Source: Leucoraja ocellata
Lineage: Eukaryota
Reading direction: 5' to 3'
Length of the DNA stretch: 64,000 bases
Assembly (NCBI GenBank): GCA_036785375.1
Contig: JAWMAR010000035.1
Coordinates: forward strand, 6,138,001 to 6,202,000
Positions within the stretch are counted from its first letter, which is position 1; each line of letters begins with the position of its first letter. Both the position numbers and the translations under genes were made by a program. Positions 59,600 to 64,000 of the stretch are shown here, piece by piece. The notes below the pieces were generated by a model. It saw only the letters and a program-made list of their open reading frames with translations, was not told the origin of the DNA and made no database searches.

Positions 59600-60018
59600 G
59601 CTAGAAGCTAGAATTTAGAAGATTGAGGGGGGATCTTATAGAAACTTACAAAATTCTTAAGGGGTTGGACAGGCTAGATGTAGGAAGATTGTTCCCGATG
59701 TTGGGGAAGTCCAGAACAAGGGGTCACAGTTTAAGGATAAGGGGGAAATCTTTTAGGACCGATATGAGAAAAACATTTTTCACACAGAGAGTGGTGAATC
59801 TCTGGAATTCTCTGCCACGGAAGGTAGTTGAGGCCAGTTCATTGGCTATATTTAAGAGGGAGTTAGATGTGGCCCTTGTGGCTAAAGGTATCAGGGGGTA
59901 TGGAGAGAAGGCAGGTACAGGATACCGAGTTGGATGATCAGGCATGATCATATTGAATGGCGGTGCAGGCTCGAAGGGCTGAATGGCCTAATCCTGCACC
60001 TATTTTCTATGTTTCTAT
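59600..60018 (+). mobile_element. Young CR1 3' end inserted in an older CR1 fragment (59370-60120)
   Basis: RGDLIETYKILKG..FFTQRVVNLWNSLP with a TTTCTATGTTTCTATG tail. Confidence 0.88.
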
Positions 60019-60151
60019 GAAGGATATAGAAGTACAAGTACATAGTTTCCTGAAAGTGGAGTCACTGGCGGAGAGGGTTGTGAACTGGCTTTTGCCACAT
60101 TGCCCTTCATCAGTGAAGGCATCGATCTATCTTCTATCTATCTTCTATCTA

Positions 60152-61430
60152 TCTATATATCTATAAAACTCTGGGGCCATCCGACCGGCGCCCTTCCTGC
60201 CTTTCGATTCGTGCCCGATACTCGCAGATGTCCAATCGGAATGGCCGATGCTCGCAGATGTCCAATCGGAATGGATTCATTTGCATGTACGGCTGCCGGC
60301 CGCATTTCTTCCTTTGATTCATTGCCACGCCCAATCCAGACGCTCAATCTCTGAGATATTTTCCATTTCGGTAGAGATTTCGCTTTTCTTTCTAAGTATC
60401 TGCTCCTCATTTCATTTCGTCGTGTTGAAGTACACGTTTTTAATCAAATCCTTCTCCCCCCCCACCCACCCCCAAGTATTTAAAAAATAAACAGGCTTCT
60501 CCATTTACATGTCAGCTTCCAACACACTTCGAAACAAAGTTGCAAGACAGGAACACTGAACTTTTCACTGCTGCAGCAGGCAGGGAAGGTGCCATTGGAT
60601 TTTTTTTTTAAATCCACTGCTCAGGGAGGCAGGGCAGTGCTGGAATCTTACTTTTGGGAACGGCTTCAGTTCCATTGGAGGAGACGGGTGCATGGTGGAA
60701 TATTGGGTTGGGGGATCACACCATTGGTGGAGCAGAAATGGCTTCTGAGAGAGTCTTCCAGCAGCTTCCAGTGATGATGTCACATGCCATCTCACAGTCC
60801 ACCAATCACAATCAGCTCTCATTTACACAAGCTGCGACAATGACATCACAATGGGATGTTGGCAATGGTAACGGCAGCAGCTTGAAGAAGAGGTTGCCAA
60901 CGGTAACGGCAGCAGAAGCTTGGTGGAGAATTCTGTGTGCNNNNNNNNNNNNNNNNNNNNNNNNNNNNNNNNNNNNNNNNNNNNNNNNNNNNNNNNNNNN
61001 NNNNNNNNNNNNNNNNNNNNNNNNNNNNNNNNNNNNNNNNNNNNNNNNNNNNNNNNNNNNNNNNNNNNNNNNNNNNNNNNNNNGAGTGGTGGAAACAGGT
61101 TGCGTTAGGGGAATTTTTGAGTGGTGGAATATTACGTTGGGGATTGCTAAGCTTGACAGAGAATGCTGCGTGCCATCATCTTCAGTACGACTGGGCCGCA
61201 CAAGGGGGGGAGGGAGTATGTGTGGGTGGGTGGGGGGGGAGTGTATGATGGAGGAGGGGTCAAGTCAAAAGTCGAGTCTATTCATTGACTCAAAGATTGA
61301 TTGGCGTTTTACAAAAAAAAATTCCAGCACTCTCCTCCAACACTGCCCACAACCCCCCTCCCCCACACGTCAAGTCCACGCTGCCCGCCCACCCCCCACC
61401 ACCACCCCTCCCCCCCCTCTCACTTAAAGC
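60152..61430 (+). mobile_element. Probable non-autonomous Helitron spanning the gap; 3' end not identified
   Basis: A|TCTATATATCTATAAAA 5' end. The GGTGGAATATT..GTTGGGG motif (60694, 61123) is shared in reverse with 62290-62310. Confidence 0.45.
60941..61083. other. Assembly gap (143 N)
   Basis: Run of N. Confidence 1.
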
Positions 61431-62237
61431 TATTATGATCACTGTTCCCTGGAGGTTCACTGAGTAGCAGGTTATTAATAAACCATTTCTCATATATAAT
61501 ATCCTCATATGGATATCAAATAGCCGGTCTCACTTTGGTTCCTTAACACACTAAACTTAAAAATCCTATCTTATGAATTCTATGAATTATTGCTAACTTG
61601 GTTTGCCTCAGACCATATATAGATGAAAATCCCCTCTGGGTATTGTATTATCCGTGTTACCATTCACCTAACATGTTCATGTCTTTTTGTAGATTCTTTG
61701 TTTTCTTTCACAATTCATTTTCTCATCTATCTTTGCTATTGGCAAATTTGGATACATTACTTTGTTCCTTTGTTTAAATCATTAATCTAGATTATAAGTA
61801 GCTGAGACCTTGAAATGAACGCTTAAATATCTCAGTTGCTAAAGCTTGTCAAAGTTATAAAGACCTATTTAAGAAACATAAGAGGCTGCAGGTGCTGGAA
61901 TCCTGTGCAAAAAACAAATTGCTGTAGGAACTTAGTGTGTCAGACAGCCACTGTGGAAGGATCTGTGAAGGATCTACCTCTACCACAACGCCAGGCATCC
62001 ACCACTCTCTCTGTAAAAACTCTTCCCCTTCACATCTCATACCTCTCTCATATTAAAGCTATTCCCTCTAGTCTGACATTTCCACCCTGGGAGAAAGGTT
62101 CAGACTGTCTCCCCTACCTATGCCTCTCATAATTTTACATACTTTCACCTTTTTTATATATATTTTTTAATAAACATATATTCATATTGCTCATTGTAAA
62201 TTACTTGAGGATTGTGGGCAGGAGGAACTATACAATA

Positions 62238-63565
62238 CTAGACTAAGTGGGACCCGTTGGGTCCCATGTTCACACGGGAGGGCTGGTCCCCCAACGCAAT
62301 ATTCCACCTCTCCACCAATTCCAATGTTGGTGGCCAGTGGGGAGGGCTTTCTGGAGCGCTAGTATGGGTATTGTGGGCTGAAGGGACTGGTTTCCAGAGG
62401 GCTAGCTTGGACATTGTGGGCCAAATGGATTCTTGGGGTGACAGCTCAGTCACTTAAGCCTGATGTACTGGCAGCTCACTCAAAGCTAGTGGGCGAGCAG
62501 TTGACTCACGGCTATTCCTTGAAATTTCATTTCAAGCAGGGTGCAAGGCCACCAAATTCAAGTGCAGTTTCATACCACTTCAAGCAGGGTACAGGGCCAC
62601 CAAATTCAAGTGCAGTTTCATACCATTTCATGCTGGGTGCAAGGCCACCAAATTCAAATGCAGTTTCATACCATTTCATGCAGGGTGCAAGGCCACCACA
62701 TTCAAATGCAGTTTCATACCATTTCAAGCAGGGTGAAACCACCATAAAACCACACAAAACCCCACATATACACCACACTCACAGTTCAGTAGACATTCAG
62801 TGTGTTCAGTTGATTCACAGCTCAGACAGACATGACTTCTCCCTCCCCCATCTTGCAGAGACTGAGCCACACCCACACTTCCGGGTTTTATAATCCCTCC
62901 CCCCTCCCACTGGAAGGGGCGTGGCTTTCATGCAGTGATTGACATTCTCGACATTTTTTTAAACACTAATAACAATTTTATTTTTCATTGATGGGAAGAA
63001 TCCTCTGCACCAGATGAGCGGAGGGGGACTGAGTAAGATGGCCAAAAATCACAGCCGTAAGTAGTAGCGTTTTATCTAAAATCAATATACAGTGCAAACA
63101 GGAAGTTGTCAAATTACCACCACCAACAACTATTTGCAGTGCAGCATTTGAAAGCAGTTACCCACCACCAACAACCATTTGCAGTCCAGCATTTTAAAGC
63201 AACCACATTTTCATTTTCAAACCACATTAAGGGCACTCACCGTTGAGTAGACATGTGTTCAGTGTTATTCACAGCTCAGAGAGACATGACCCTCTCACTT
63301 CCTCCAGAGACTGAGTGAGGCACAACACTTCCAGGTTTTATAGTCCCTCCCCCTCCCACCAGAAGGGGCAGCAGAGAGAATGTCAACATTTTTTAAACAT
63401 TAATAACTTTTATTTTTCATCGATGGGAAAAACCTCTTGTCCTGCGCAGCGGAGGGGGACTGAGTAAGATGGCCAAAAATCACAGCCATAAGTGGTAGCG
63501 TTTTTTCAAAAATCATGAAACAGAAAAACAGGAAGTGGTGAAGATCTTATTTTAGTAATATAAGA
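62238..63565 (-). mobile_element. Non-autonomous Helitron
   Basis: Minus strand starts A|TCTTATATTACTAAAA. It ends with the hairpin TGGGACCC-AAC-GGGTCCCA, then CTTAGT-CTAG|T. Inserted in an AT dinucleotide with no TSD. Confidence 0.82.
62528..62735. repeat. 48-bp minisatellite, ~4.3 copies, inside the Helitron
   Basis: Unit CATTTCAAGCAGGGTGCAAGGCCACCAAATTCAAGTGCAGTTTCATAC. This explains the 16-aa periodic ORFs. Confidence 0.92.
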
Positions 63566-64000
63566 TTAATGTAATAGCCTTTAATCTGTCCACTTCCTAT
63601 ACTACTAGTTGATTGAGTACAGATGAAATGGGTAACCCACCTATTCTTAAGGAACTGGATAGTTCAGCAAGTACTAGCTTATCACAGGATAAAAGTACTA
63701 TCATAACATTTAAGGGATGTTTGGACAGGACTGGATAGGTTAGAGACTTGTGGACCAAGCGCGTGTGTGGGACTGGTGTGGGTGGGGCATGTTAGTCGGC
63801 GAGGGCAAGTTGGGCTGAAGGGTCTGTTTCCACGTTGTTTGACTCTAAGAGTGGGGCTAACAAGCCACGATCACTGCACGATCTCCATGAACATTTTTTG
63901 GCAAACCATTGGTTACCATTAGAATTATTCATTTTGATCTGTAGAAACTAGAGAAGAACTATGTAAAAAGAATGATGTGCATTTATAACCTTGGACCAAT

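Noticed and set aside
61833-61900. Candidate next CCDC148 exon
   Set aside because: Does not encode the expected KQHKQVWWQE-like segment and runs into a Penelope tail repeat.
62414-62893. Repeat-protein ORF or CRISPR-like array
   Set aside because: Contiguous 48-bp tandem units with no unique spacers, inside a Helitron in a vertebrate intron.

Overview
Vertebrate genomic DNA, most likely a cartilaginous fish such as a skate or ray (inferred from the HE1/V-SINE, CR1, Rex1 and Penelope repeat landscape). It is mostly intron. A CpG island at ~49.4-49.9 kb appears to be a bidirectional promoter for PKP4 (plakophilin-4, minus strand) and CCDC148 (plus strand), the head-to-head arrangement I recall from human. 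PKP4 has a non-coding exon 1 ending at 49536 and a first coding exon at 18976-19106. CCDC148 has coding exons at 54717-54771 and 56726-56847. The rest is a nested mosaic of decayed transposons: CR1, L2, Rex1/Babar, Tx1/L1, Penelope-like elements with hammerhead-ribozyme motifs, SINEs, Tc1, pogo/Tc2-, Harbinger- and hAT-type MITEs, and Helitrons. There is a 143-N gap. Most notable: (1) an in-frame TAG at codon 12 of PKP4, followed by a hairpin and a strong downstream AUG; (2) short, often fold-back, hammerhead-centred Penelope derivatives with 11-15 bp target-site duplications; (3) a non-coding retroposon family whose stem-loops covary between copies. All gene and family calls come from motif recognition and recalled protein sequences, not database searches. 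Boundaries of degenerate repeats are approximate.
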